Shown: piece after piece, positions 37,126 through 51,133 of the stretch | Layout: the number at the start of each line of letters is the position of its first letter | Position numbering within the stretch: the first letter of the stretch is position 1 | NCBI RefSeq assembly: GCF_902713615.1 | Contig: NC_052153.1 | Coordinates: 191,255,394 to 191,319,393 of the forward strand | DNA from: Scyliorhinus canicula | Taxonomy: Eukaryota | Reading direction: 5' to 3' | Length of the DNA: 64,000 nucleotides | Made by a program: the position numbers and the translations under genes | The notes under the pieces: model-generated | Database searches by the model: none | The model's input: only the letters and a program-made list of their open reading frames with translations | Told to the model about the DNA's origin: nothing

Positions 37126-40121
37126 TGGAAACGGAGATGGGTGTGTTAACCCTCAAAGTTCTAGACCCTCCAGGGGAGTCATGTACCTTGTATAGACACT
37201 GTCGGGGAGTGGGTACAGAAAAGGGGCGAAAGTTAGAATGTTGTCCAGCCGGGGGGAACAGACCCTTGGTATCGACCCAGTCAAACTCCCTCAGAATCTT
37301 GTACGTTTCAATGAGAACGCCTCGCATTCCACTAAATCCCGGAGAGTATAAACCCAATTTAGTCAACTTCTCATCATTTTAAGGAGTGTTAAAATTGGAG
37401 CTTGACCATTCAGGAAGGAAATCAGGACGAGTTAATTTCATGTAATGGCTGGTTGAGATATGGAGCTCTCAAAAGACGCGCTGCGTGCTAAGGAACAATT
37501 CGTCCATCAATGATCTTTCAGGGAAGGGAACTTGCCAACTATACCTGATCAGCACCGTGCGTCACTCCAGTCCTACACATGGTTCAATATTGCGGGTGAG
37601 GCCCCTCCATAGGTAAGTGCATTTCTGTGGGCTTTATATTAAGAGAATCGTGGTCCCGGCCACCGTGTGGACACCCTCAACAACACCCTCCGCCCTTCTT
37701 GGTGGTTGCCCCCGCCCAGGCTTCACCTCTCAAAACATCGAACTGCATTAGGACAGCTGTTTGGCATCCAGCAGCTTGCCAAATTGCAATTGGGGTGGCA
37801 CAGGGGTTAGCTCTGCCGACTCTCAGTGCCGGGGACCTGGGTTTAATCCCAGCCTTGGGTGGCTGTGTGGAGTTTGCACGTTCTCTCCATGTATGTGTAG
37901 ATTTCCTCCCACAGTCCAAAGATGTCCAGGTAAGTGGATTGGCCCTGCTAAATTGCCCCTTAGTGTCCAGGGATGTGTGGTGGACGGTGGAGTGGGCTTG
38001 GGTGGAGGGTTCTTTCAGAGGATTGGGACAGACTCGATGGGCCAAATGGCCTCCTATTGCACTATTTGGAGTATCTATAGAATAAAGCCAGGCTGGGTCC
38101 TCCGATTATTTGCATGGGAATGGAAAACCCAAGGGGCAGCACGGTGGCTCAGTGGGTTAGCCCTGCTGCCTCACGGCGCCGAGGTCTTGGGTTCGATCCC
38201 GGCTCTGGGTCACTGTCCGTGTGGAGTTTGCACATTCTCCCCGCGTTTGCGTGGGTTTCGCCCCCACAACCCAAAGATGTGCAGGGTAGGTAGATTGGCC
38301 ACGCTAAATTGCCCCTTAATTGGAAAAAATTAATTGAGTACTCTAAATTTATAAGAAGAAAAGGGGAATGGAAAGACCTATACACTTACGTAGAGCACAG
38401 AAAGATTCCGCCCCAACTGATGCTTGTGGTTGTTTATGCTCCACCTTCTCCTCCTGAGACTACTTCATATCCTTCTAATCCTTTCTCCTTCAGGTCCTTT
38501 TGTAGTTTTCCCTTCAGTGCCTCTGTATTATTCAGCACAATTATTCCCTGTGGCAGCGAGTTCCGTATTCTAACCTTCTCAAGGGCAACTAGGGATGGGC
38601 ACTAAATGCTGGCCGAGCCAGCGACATCCGCATCAACCACACTGAGTTTGAGAAGAAACATTGAGTGGTAGCAGAAACCACCAGTAAGGCTCACTAATCG
38701 TAACAGAACACCTCCGTGCCTCGCCCGGCCCACGGGACAACCTGGGCCCGCTCCACCTTTGACTGCCTTTCCCACTAATCTGCACGGCGGATTTACAATA
38801 ACACAGAAATGAGGAGCCACCAGTTCAAAAGCAACCACTGCAATCAGCATTGCTGATAAACCCAGGCGTCCGTAAGGGACGCCCAGTCCGCACGTCTGCA
38901 GCAAGCAGGGATTGAGAGATCACAAACAAGAAGCTAAAACAGCAGACTTCATCCAGCTGCAAGCTCTGCTGTCGATATCATCATTTTATCGTCCTAACCT
39001 TTGACTTCATTTTTAATTTTAAAATTATACCGCTCTGGATTATTCTTTCCAGCACAAATGTCATTTTAATATCGCGTTAAAATACACTAATTTTGCTTTT
39101 TAAAAAAAAATAAATGAAGTGTTATTTTTTGTCTCAGTCACAGAATTTACAGTGCAGAAGGAGGCCATTCGGCCCATTGAGTCTGCACCGGCCCTTGGAA
39201 AGAGCACCCTACCTAAGCCCATATCTCCACCCTATCCCCGTAACCCCACCTTTACCTTTTGTTTGGACACTAAGAGCAATTTAGCGTGGCCAATTCACCT
39301 ACCCCTGCACATCTTTGGACTGTGGGCGGAAACGGGAGCACCCGGAGGAAACCCACGCAGACACGGGGAGAACGTGCAGAATCCGCACAGACAGTGACCC
39401 AAGCCGGGAATCGAACCTGAGACCCTGGCGCTGTGAAGCCACAGTGCTAACCACTATGCGACCCTGCTGCCCCAATATCGTGAAATGTTTTGACCTCGAG
39501 CGCTTTGGAAGCCGATTCAACAGTAACTTTCGAAAGGGTATTGGGAAGAATTTGTCGGGTGATGGGCAGAGCAGGAACTGGGAACAATGGGCTAGCTCAA
39601 AGGGCTGATTTTGGGCATAAGGGGTGTGTGGTCTCCAGTGCTGCATGATTTTAATTTTGATATGCAGTCACTCATACAAATCCTTAATCATCCAATCTCC
39701 TCCACTCACCATTAACCTATTTCTCCCTATCTCCTACTTTCCCCTCCTGTCTGCCTCCCTTAAAGAGGTTATGCTCCTGTCAAAATTAACGTTTTTAAAA
39801 AATTAAACTTAAGTTGCTCAAATCAGGTTGTGATGGGGGTCTCTCGTGCTTTCACCTGAAATCAGGCAGGTTCAGTCGGAGCTGGACTGCTCTCAAACTG
39901 TCCCTTCAAAGTGATTATTTAGTATTAATTACTGAAATCTTCCCCAGATCAACAATATTTATATATAGAGGATGCAACATAACCAAGTCACTTCACAGGA
40001 GTGCAAAAAAAAAAGATTTTGGTACGGGGTCACATGATATTAGGTTAGAACAAGTTCAGTGAAAGAGCTAGGTTTAAAAGATGTTGAAAAAGAAGAGCGC
40101 GAGGTAGAATCATAGAATTCC

Positions 40122-40354
40122 CGTGGTAAACCACTGTTAGTATATTATATGTATTGTGATAAACGGCTACTGTATTACATGTATTGTGGTAAACCACTGC
40201 CTGATGGCTCCGCCTCCCCTCAGGCTCGGTATAAAGGTGGCTGACCTCCGGCCCTGCCCCAGTTTGGAATCAGAGGCCAGGAGGCTTTCTGTTTAGCTTA
40301 TTAAAGCCTCAGTTTCATTCGCTACACGTCTTGTGATTAATTGATGGCACATCA
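40122..40354 (+). mobile_element. Short solo LTR inserted in a SINE tail. A related LTR begins at 63840 and runs off the window
   Basis: (C/T)GTGGTAAA...CACATCA termini; TATA-like GTATAAAG; ATTAAA; 5-bp TSD ATTCC. Confidence 0.75.
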
Positions 40355-43300
40355 ATTCCTACAGCGCCATTCAGCCCATCAAATCTGCAGCAACCCTCGG
40401 AAAGAGCACCCTACCCATCTTTTGGGCTTAGTGGCAATTTAGTGCGGCCAATCCACCTAACTTGCACTTTGGGCTATGGGAGGAAACCCACACAGACACG
40501 GGAGGAAATGCAAACTCCACACGAACAGTCACCCAAGGCTGGAATTGAACCCGGGTCTCTGGTGCTGTGTGGCAGCAGTGCTAACCACTGTGCCACCGTA
40601 TCACCCCATAGGTAGGGAGGGAATTCCAGAGCTTGGAGCTGAGACAACGCAAGGCATGGCCAGCAATGGCGGAGTGTTTATAATCAGGACTGTTCAGGAG
40701 TCAGAACTGGAGGAGTGCAGATCACACACAGAGTTGTGGGCCTGGAGGAGAATACAAGAATGGGAAGGGTTAAGGCTGGGGGGGGGGGGGGAAGAGAGAG
40801 AGAGAGGGAATGAGTTTTAGATGTTTCTTGACTGAGAAAATATCAATCAGCAAGTGCAGAGGCGTTCTGGGAATGGAACTTGGTGCAAATTAAGATACAG
40901 GCAGCAGAGTTTTAGATGCCCTCGAGTTTATGGAGGTTAGAATGGGGCGACCAGCCAGGAGTGGGCTGGAATAGTTGAGACTAGAAATACAAAGGTGTGG
41001 ATGAGGATTTCAGCAGATGGATTGAGAAAGGGCCAAGTTGGATGATGTTACGGACACGGAAATAGACATTAGTGATGGCTTGAATGTGAGAACAGGAGCT
41101 CATTTCTGGATCAAACGCGACATCAAGGTTGAGAAGAGAACTGGTTTAATCCCAGGCTGTTGCCAGGACAGGGATGGAGCCTGTAACTATGAGAACGGCA
41201 TTTGGAGCGGGGACTGAAAACAATTGCTTCAGCCTTCCCGATATGTAATCGGAGGACATTGCATCCCAGAGATCTGTTCAGTGGTTATTACTGAGTTCTC
41301 CCAGATAATTATCATATATTCTCACATCTTGTCACCGGAAATGTTAAATCTTTATAAAACAATGGTTAGGCCTCAGTCCAGTTCTGCATTACAATTCTTT
41401 CAAGAGAATTATGGCCTTGCTCAAGGCAAAGAGATTATATTTGAGTGGTCCCAGTGCAAAGGGACTTCAGTTATGTGGAGAAAGTGGAAAACAAAGGTTC
41501 AGGGGAGAATTAATAGAAATGTTTGTGAGAGGTTTTGCTGGAGTGAGCACGCTGAAATTCTCTGCTAGCTATACGTTGGAAGAGAGGGAAGCAATGGGGA
41601 CAGCTTTATAGATTTACGGTAATTGGCAAATGAAAAAGGTCAGAAATATTATTACAGTATAACTTTCAGAAGAATTGAGCAAATTCTTGAAAGAGAAAGT
41701 GTTGCAAGACTGCTGAGGAGGAGTAGAGGACTGGGACTTAGCATGAAATCAGTGACAGAGATGTTCTATGATCATTGCACAGAGTTCATTTCTGTTCATA
41801 GATTTCATAGAATTTTCACTGCAGAAGGAGGCTATTCAGCCCATCAGGTCTGCACCGGCTCTTGGAAAGAGCACCCTACCCAATCCCACACTTCCACCCT
41901 ATCCCCATAACCCAGTAACCCCACCCAACACTAAGGACAATTTTGGACAGTAAGGGCAATTTAGCATAGCCAATCCACCTAACCTGCACATCTTTGGACT
42001 GTGGGAGGAAATCGGAGCACCCGGAGGAAACCCGTGCAGACTCCGCACAGACAATGACCCAAGCCAGAAATCGAACCTGGGACCCTGGAGCTATGAAGCA
42101 ATTGTGCTAACCACCGGGCTACCATGCTGGTCCGGATTCACAACATCACTGACAATGAAGGGGTCTGGTTAGGGTTCAAGTGGCAAGTAACATTTGTGAC
42201 ATCGAAGTATCAGGCTTACCTTCTCCAGTAGAGATGGGGAAATGATGATGCAGTGATATTGTCACTCGACTCGTAATCTGGAAACCCAGGGCAATGCTCT
42301 GGGGGTCAAATCCCACCATTTGAATTAAAGCAATTCCTGGAATGTTCTAATTCTGGAATGGTGTAATAATGACCATAAAATGAATGTCGTAAAAACCCAT
42401 CTGGTTCTCTAATGTCCTTTTAGGGAAGGGAAGGGAATCTGCCGTCCTTACCTGGCCTGGCCTACATGTGACTCCAGATCCACAGCGACACCCTCTGAAG
42501 GGGCCCAGCGCTCAGTTCAAAGGCAATTAGGGATGGGTAATTAAATGCTGACCCAACTAGTGATGCTCACATCACATCAATGAATAAAGCTAGAATGAGT
42601 ATAACCAGCGTTATACTCCATGAGTGCTAACCAATGGGTCAATATTCAATTACCCATCCAGGGTCCCAGGTGCGATTCCGGCTTGGGTCACTGTCTGTGC
42701 GGAGTCTGCACATCCTCCCCGTGTGTGCGTGGGTTTCCTCCGGGTGCTCCGGTTTCCTCCCACAGTCCAAAAGATGTGCAGGTTAGTTGGATTGGCCATG
42801 CTAAATTGCCCTTAGTGTCCAAAATTGCCCTTAGTGTTGGGTGGGGTTATGGGGATAGGGTGGAGGTTTTGACCTTGGGTAGGGTGCTCTTTCCAAGAGC
42901 CGGTGCAGACTCGATGGGCCGAATGACCTCCTTCTGCACTGTAAATTCTATGATAATCTATGTGCAGGTTAGGAGGATTGGCCACGCTAAATTGCCCCTT
43001 GGGAAAAAAAAATAATTGGGTACCCTAAATTTACTTCAAAAAAATAAAAATAAATACTGTGGCTACACGAGCAGGTCAGAGGCTGGGTATTGTGTCGCAA
43101 ATAATTTACCTCCTGACTCCCCAAATCCTGTCCACCATCTACAAGACACAAGTCAGGAGTGTGATGGAAAAGTGCGGCATGGAGGCGCTGAGGACCCAGG
43201 TTTGATCCTGACCCAGGGTCACTATCCATGTGGAGTTTGTACATTCTCCCCGTGTCTGTGTAAGTCTCACTTCCACAGCCCAAAGAAGTGCAGGGCAGGT

Positions 43301-44422
43301 GGGTTGGCCACACTAAATTTCCCCTTAAATTGGAAAAATTTTAAAAAAGGAGTGGGATGGAAAACTGTCCACTTGCCTGGATGGGTGCAGCTCCAACAAC
43401 ACTGAAGAGGCTCGACACCATCCAGGACAAAGCAGCTCTTTTATTGGCACCCCTTCCACTCGCTTAAATAGGAACTTGCCAGTGCTTCACGACAGAATTT
43501 TTGAAAACTGACCTTTGCGTCAAAGGAGCAGATTCATGGGACCAGACCCCCGCCAAGACATTGTTTACTATTCCGACTTGAATATATAATGCCATTCTGC
43601 CCCTGTCTCTGGGTAAAAATCCTCAAACTCCTTCTCAAACAGCACTGTGGGTAGACCTTTTTTTTAAATAAATTTAGAGTACCCAATTATTTTTTCCAAT
43701 TAAGGGGCAATTTAGCGTGACCAATCCACCTACCCTGCACATCTTTGGGTTGTGGGGGTGAAACCCACGCAGACACGGGGAGAATGTGCAAACTCCACAC
43801 GGACAGTGACCCAGGGCCGGGATTCGAACCCAGGTCCTCAGCGCCGTAGGCAGCAATGCTAACCACTGTGCCACCGTGCTGCCCCTTGGGTTTTCGATTC
43901 CGCACGGCGGTGTGATATGGAGTGCAAGTTGATGCGAAAGAGGAGTCAATGTTCGTTCACAAACAATTGTTTATTGGTTGCATTGTTTACAATCATTGCA
44001 GCTCCATCGTGCAACTTTGATAGATCGACAATTAAACGCAGACGTTCACTCTGGGGTGGGTTATGGAAAGCTGGCTGACCTACAGCAGTATCTCCCCCAA
44101 CACAGCCGAGGAGTTGGGAACAGCAGCCAGTCACCTGGACAAAGCACCGGGAATAATCAGGGTCAAATCTGTCCGACTCACAGTCACCTCTGCCACACTA
44201 TTAATATTGACGATAAACCTGTGCTTTGTGAATTGATCTGTGCAGCGCCTGTTAAGCACCAATACCTAAACCATCCATGTGGATAAATATCCTGGACGTC
44301 TTACTAAGAGCACAGTCAATGTACCTACATGGACTGCAGCGGTTCAAGAAGGCAGCTTACCACCACCTCCTCAAGGGTATTTAGGGATGGGCACCAAATG
44401 CTGTTCTACCCAGCGACACCCA

Positions 44423-45646
44423 TGTCGTGATCTCTGTGTGTGCATGTACATAAGGGGTTAATATGTAATCCGTAGCACCACATGATCACTAGAGGGCCGG
44501 ACCAACAGAGGTATAAAATAAATCACACTGGGTCTCTCCCTCTCTTTTGGGTGTACTGTGACCAGGACAGGAGTATCGGATTAGTTCAGATGGTTAGTGG
44601 AGTTACGAGTAGTCACTGTAGTTAGATCTTGTTAACCTTATCACTAGTATCAATGTCAAAGTAAAGAACTCATGCAATTATTGTTATAGTTACTCAATAA
44701 ACCTTTTGTTACTACTGGACGAGTTCGAGTCTTCTTCATCGAGATTCAGAAGACCTCATCAGTAACCGAGGTTTGAGTAACACATATTGCACTCCGTAGT
44801 ATATCAAGACTGTAGCCATCTGGGATGGCCACTTCCAGAATACAAAATGGACGCTCGCAAAGAATGTAGGGAACTGTGGTCAATGTTAGGAAAGCAAGCA
44901 GGCAGAGCATGTATGCAGATTGGAGAAGGCAGCTCCCAGACGTGACTGAAACTATTGGTCAATGAACATATTGATGGCCCATCTCCGGGAACAAAGGAAA
45001 GACACTCAAGCAACTAATACTGTTTCAGACATCCCAGAGCCAGTTCCCCAAGCGGAAGCACAAACAAAGCAAGGCCAACGGCCACCTAGGACACGCCCAG
45101 CCATCAGGGCACCCACCCCTTTATTGGTCAAGATCAATACCAGTGATCGAGAAGTGGCCCAATTAATTGGGGCCAAGTTTAAGGCCCGCCTAAAAGCACG
45201 CAAAGCCCCTCCAGGTATAAGAAGGAACCCCCCACGAGAGGTTCGCTCTCTTGGAATTGGCTCTCAAAGCGGAGAGACCCGTCCACCAGCTGCACCAGAA
45301 GCAGTAAGTTCAAGGTCAACGCTCGCTACCAATCGGACGACCTGAGCTGTTCTCCTGTACCTCTTCGAACCCAGCAACCTCAGAGCCAAACAATGGCCAT
45401 TGTCCCTCTGACTGAGGGGGCACCCGAAGCTAAGTATAGGCCTTAGAGTTAGAGATAGTTTACTTTGTAGTACTTTGTGCATGAGTAGATATTATTGTCT
45501 GTGTATTGGCTCTTTGATCAGTATTCGGGTCGAACCTCGTGGCGGTATCGAAAGATACCTGGCGACTCTTAGGCATAAACATAAATAGGATTAAGAAAGG
45601 CGACTAGATTAACTGCCATATTTATAATCAGATAAATATAGCAACA
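44423..45646 (+). mobile_element. Two adjacent or nested LTR-like elements (about 44423-44784 and 44785-45646)
   Basis: The first has a TGTCGTG start, GTATAAAA and AATAAA. The second has TATTGC...GCAACA termini flanked by ACACA/AGACA. Confidence 0.55.
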
Positions 45647-47183
45647 AGACACACAGAGAAATGTAATAAAAGATAATACAGGAGTGTAATAAAAGAGCCC
45701 ATATCCTGCAAATGAATTTAAAAAATGACAGGAAGAGCATTTCATCTCCAAGTAGAGATATGGTCATCATACTGACAAAGGTTAAAACAACAAAGCAATC
45801 AGCTCTGACCCAGGGAAATAAGAATTTGGCTGCCTGTTTGAAGATCGTTGTTTGACCGAGTAAAACTGCATCTGATAAATTAAGTTCTGACATTCATTGA
45901 CCGGAGTGTGGTGATTAGGGGGGTTTGTTCTGCATAACCACACCCCCCCCCCTCTCTGCATTCACCCGCCCCCATTTCCCCATCTCCCACATCCATCCAT
46001 CCATCCCATAGTCCCATTTATCCTCCCCCCCCTCCGCATTCCCACTCTTCTCATATTCTTCCTCCCTATTCCCAAACCCTACCTCTTGCGTTCACCCTTC
46101 TCCCACATTCCTCATTCCCCAACATTTCTCCTCAATTCCCCCTCCTCCCCCGCATTCCGGCTCTTTCCACATTCCCACTGCTCCCCCGCCAAATCCACCT
46201 CAGTTTAAATTTCCCATGCCCGATCCTAATTGGCTCCGAATTGTCAAGTGGGAGAGGGTCAGAACATCAGTCAGCAGCGGAACTATACCGCAATGCGAGA
46301 GAAAACGTCAGAAATGGGAGGAAAACATTGGGAATTTGAGAGAAAATACCGGAAATGAGAGAGAATATATCAAGTACAGGAGAGAAAACAGGAGTAGGAG
46401 ATGAAAACACTGCGAATGTGATTTTTGGCGTTCAAACCTGATCCATTCACAATCGCGTCTGCCACATGAGCTCATAGATGATAGAATCATAGAATTTACA
46501 GTGCAGATGAGGCCATTCGGCCCATCGGGTCTGCAGCGGCTCTTGGAAAGGGCACCCTACTTAAGCCCCACACCTCCACCTATCCCCGTAGCCCAGTCTA
46601 ACCTTTTGGACACTAAGGGGCAATTTAGCATGGCCAATCCATCTAGCCCACACATCATTGGACTGTGGGAGGAAACCGGAGCACCCGGAGGAAACCCCAC
46701 GCAGACACGGGGAGGAAGTGCAAACTCCACACAGACAGTGACCCAAGCCTGGAATCGAACTTGGGACCCTGGAGTGTGAAGCAACCGTGCTAACCACTGT
46801 GCTAACGTGCCGCCCACTATTACCTAAGGGAAAGCCGGAGTGTTTATACAGACTTTTACTGAGAAAGCTCAAATTCACAATCCATTCTGAGAATTGAGGT
46901 CATATGGATTTAATGCGATAGAGTAAAACGGTCAATCCACAGCTAGTTTTATCGCTTTCCTCATGAAATGAAAATGAAATGAATGAAATGAAAATCGCTT
47001 ATTGTCACGAGTAGGCTTCGATGAAGTTACTGTGAAAAGCCCCTAGTCGCCACATTCCGGCGCCTGTCCGCGGAGGCTGGTACGGGAATCGAACCGTGCT
47101 GCTGGCCTGCTTGGTCTGCTTTATAAGCCAGCGATTTAGCCTTGTGAGCTAAACCAGCCCCTGGTTATAATATAATAATAATC

Positions 47184-47189
47184 TTTATT
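47184..47189 (-). terminator. Candidate polyadenylation signal (AATAAA) for the Ig receptor, supplied by a SINE tail
   Basis: First canonical AATAAA that I found on the - strand downstream of the stop at 48170. It lies in the tail (acaataaagattatta) of the SINE at about 47170-47478. Confidence 0.3.
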
Positions 47190-48169
47190 GTCACAAGTAG
47201 GCTTACATTAACACCGCAATGAAGTTACTGTGAAAATCCCCTAGTCGCCACACTCCGGCGCCTGTTCGGGTACGCAGAGGGAGAATTCAGACTGTCCAAT
47301 TCACCTAACAAGCATATCGTTCAGGACTTGTGGGATGAAACCGGATCACCTGGAGGAAACCCACGCAGACACGGGGAGAACGTGCAGACTCCACACAGAC
47401 AGTGACCCAAGCCGGGAATCGAAGCTAGGACCCTGGCGCTGTGAAGCAACAGTGCTAACCACTGTGCTACCGTGCCATCCATTGTTGGTGCAGGAGAAAG
47501 GGTTTTAGATTCCTGAACCATTGGAACCATTTTTAGGAAAGGTGGGATCTCTACAAACTTGCGTCACTGTCTGTGCGGAGTGTGCATGTTCTCCCCGTGT
47601 CTGCGTGGGTTTCCTCCGGGTGCTCCGGTTTCCTCCCACAAGTCCCGAAAGACGTGCTGTTAGGTGAATTGGACATTCTGAATTCTCCCTCTGTGTACCC
47701 GAACAGGTGCCGGAATGTGGCGGCTAGGAGATTTTCACAGTAACTTCATTGCAGTGTTAATGTAAGCCTACTTGTGACAATGAAGATTATTATTATTATT
47801 TCAATTTCAGCCAATGGCTGAGATTTTAAACAGACTGTTGATTCATAATCACACGTGTACATGGGGCTGTTTAGCACAGGGCTAAATCGCTGGCTTTGAA
47901 TGCAGACCAAGCAGGCCAGCAGCACGGTTCGATTCCCGTAACAGCCTTCCCGAACAGGCGCCGGAATGTGGCGACTAGGGGCTTTTCACAGTAACTTCAT
48001 TTGAAGCCTACTCGTGACAATAAGCGATTTTCATTTCATTTCACACAGTCCCATCAAGACTATAAGATCACCACAGTGTGATGTAGAACATTGCCGACTA
48101 GCTGATTAACAGGAAGAATTTTGCTGAACCCAGGATCTCACAGTGAAGGATGATTAAAGCAAGCCCAGT

Positions 48170-48296
48170 TTAAACTGCTGGGTGAGATTCTGTGCGGGGC
48201 GAGTGGGATAGGTTTATGTTGCAGTTTATATATTTGGGTTCTCCCCTTCCTGCGATGGGTCGGTCCTTCCTGGGTTCTTCCTCAGCCTGATCCTTC
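48170..48296 (-). CDS. Terminal cytoplasmic exon of the Ig receptor: (R)KDQAEEEPRKDRPIAGRGEPKYINCNINLSHSPRTESHPAV*
   Basis: Acceptor gtctttattcccag|, phase 2, matching the TM exon donor. 127 nt including TAA. Tyr motif YIN at 48224-48232. Confidence 0.75.
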
Positions 48297-50522
48297 CTGG
48301 GAATAAAGACAAGATCAATTAAAATGAGCCAAATTAACAGTAAGATAACATTTTCAACACCTCCAGATACAGCCAGCACCTGTTTAAATAGGATTCCTCA
48401 CACATTTAAAAACAGATCTAATTATTGGTACTTGTGTTAAATATTAACCGAGTGGGCAGGATTTTCGAATGGTCTTCCGTTCCCCAGTATATTACCAAAT
48501 AGGATCCTGAATTCTCACTCGCCGGGAGACAGATGGGCGGAGCAATCATCCAGAAGGCAGCATCCTAACTGGCTGCCTCTGCGTTCGTTGTCTGATTAAG
48601 GACACCATGCTGGTTCTCAATGTAACCGGCCCAGTCAGAGAGTTGGCAGATCTGGAGCCTTAAACAGGTGAGTGCTGCTCAGTCACGAGGATGCTGAGGC
48701 ACATTGCTGAAGGTTTGAGATAGACTAGGCCGGTGGGCCTTCACCGGGCACAGATCGCTGGTTCTGATGGATCCTCCAGGTTGCTGTACTGAGACCACCT
48801 CCACTGAGCTGGCAGCCTCCACGAGTGGGGGGGGGACATCTGTTCCGTCACCGGCAAAATCCCAACAGGCCCAAGCATTCGCCTCTAATTGCCTCCAGGC
48901 ACCTGTCGATGGATCAGCTTCCCAGGCCATCCATGGGAAACGTCCCCCGTTTAGGGAATGTGGTGGGAAGATGTCCTCAGGCAGTTTCCCCTCACACCCA
49001 GCCCCCCTCCACCTCCAAGCCCCTCCGCTGCCTGTAGGACAGGAGAACGCAGCCCAAAAGGGAGGATTTTCTACCTGGGGATTTTGACACGAGTAACAAA
49101 AACTTGTGTTTATATAATCGCACCTTCCATGTAGCAAAACGTCCCAAGACCATAACAGACAAAACCTGACACAGGAGATATTAGGACGGGTGAGCAAAAG
49201 CTTGGTTAGAGGGCACAGCAAGACTTCACGAGACTGTGAAAGCCTCATTGCCACGGTCTGAACAGCAGCCACTACCCAGAGTGCAATTCCTTTCCCCACT
49301 GCTGTGGAGAGTGGTTAGTTATTCTACAATAAATGGGAAAAAAATCTTAGATTGGAAAATTACCAGGACTCTTACTGCCAATATTTATTCATTTAAAATT
49401 AATTACGGGATGTTGGCTTCACTGGCTAGGCCAGCGTTAGTTGCCCATCCCTAGTTGCCCTTCAGAAGGTGGTGGTGAGCTGCCTTATTGAACCGCTGCA
49501 GTCTTTGAGGTGTAGGTACACCCACTGTGCTGTTAGGGAGGGCTTTCCAGGAGTTTGACCCAGCGCCAGCCTGTTTAAAATCTCAGCCATTGGCTGGAAT
49601 TGAAATAGTAATAATAATCTTCATTGTCACAAGTTGGCTTACATTAACACTGCAATGAAGTTACTGTGAAAAGTCTCTCGTCGCCACATTCCGGCGCTTG
49701 TTCGGGTACACGCCGATATATTTCCCAGTCAGGGAGGTGAGTGACTTGGAGGGGAACCTCCAGATGTTGAGGTTCCCAGGTATCTGCTGCTCTTGTCCTT
49801 CTAGATGGGAGTGGTTGTGGGTTTGGAAGGTGCTGCCGAAGGAACCTTGGTGAGTTAATGCAGTGCATATTGTAGATGGTACACACGGCTGCTACTGTGC
49901 ATCAGTGGTCGAGGGACCCAGCACTGGAATCAAATAGAACTAAATCATATTTAAATCTAACATCTCCTGCAGATATCCTACAGATTAAAGTAGACTCCAG
50001 CGAATGTGGAACGATCTTGTGGCGGAGTGGGTACCGTCTCTGCCTCTGAGCCAGGATTTCCTTTACGAGTCCCACCCCAGGACTTAGTGGCCAAGTAAGA
50101 TGTGTTCATAACACGGCCAAACAGGTTGATTATTAAACCTTTCCAACACACGCCAATGACAGGCAATAAGGGCGGGGGAGATTCCTGATCAGCCAGGACA
50201 AGAAATCGGAGCCTCCGCCATCACTGTCCACAAACGCAGGTTACCACATGCATGTAAACATTAATGTCACGGTGACTCAGACTCCCTGTGTAAACTGCAG
50301 CACACCGTCATTGTGAATGGAGGTGGCCTGGGGGGGGTTAAATCAGGTCTGTGACACTTCAGTAGGTTCATGCTGTGAGGAGCTGAATCGTGCAGACCAG
50401 GAATGGGCCGGTTTCCATCCCCTGTCTGAGCTAATCCCAACTGGGCTGCAGTAGGAGCTGGTGTAACTGCGACAGGGATAGGGAGACTAAACATTGAGCA
50501 GGGTGCCTGCTCCCATTGTATC

Positions 50523-50944
50523 CAGTGACCTGTGCTGGACACACACTGTGCGGCTCAATCAGAGTGGCCCAGTGACCTGTGCTGGACACACACTGTGCGG
50601 CTCAATCAGAGTGGCCCAGTGACCTCTGCTGGACACACACTGTGCGGCTCAATCAGAGTGGCCCAGTGACCTGTGCTGGACACACACTGTGCGGCTCAAT
50701 CAGAGTGGCCCAGTGACCTCTGCTGGACACACACTGTGCGGCTCAATCAGAGTGGCCCAGTGACCTGTGCTGGACACACACTGTGCGGCTCAATCAGAGT
50801 GGCCCAGTGACCTGTGCTGGACACACACTGTGCGGCTCAATCAGAGTGGCCCAGTGACCTGTGCTGGACACACACTGTGCGGCTCAATCAGAGTGGCCCA
50901 GTGACCTGTGCTGGACACACACTGTGCGGCTCAATCAGAGTGGC
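50523..50944. repeat. 47-bp VNTR, 9 copies
   Basis: cagtgacctgtgctggacacacactgtgcggctcaatcagagtggcc repeated. Confidence 0.97.
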
Positions 50945-51033
50945 ACCTCTGTTCAAATCTCCTGCCAAGACACACTGCCCAAGGGTCACCTGCGAATCGA
51001 GCTTTGCAAAGGCTCCCAGTAAAAATTCCATAC

Positions 51034-51133
51034 CTGATTTTGTCCCTCAATAAAATGATCCACATCACGAGCAGGGGAAGGAGTTTCACTCCAAGTGGAA
51101 TGCACAGTATCACAAGGGGGAAGGGCTGTGCAG
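51034..51133 (-). CDS. Transmembrane exon of the Ig receptor with intramembrane Lys: (A)AQPFPLVILCIPLGVKLLPLLVMWIILLRDKI(R)
   Basis: Strong acceptor ctctttcctttctgttcag|, donor |gtatgg, 100 nt, phase 1 to 2. Hydrophobic span with K (codon 51084-51086) followed by an RDKIR stop-transfer. Confidence 0.85.
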
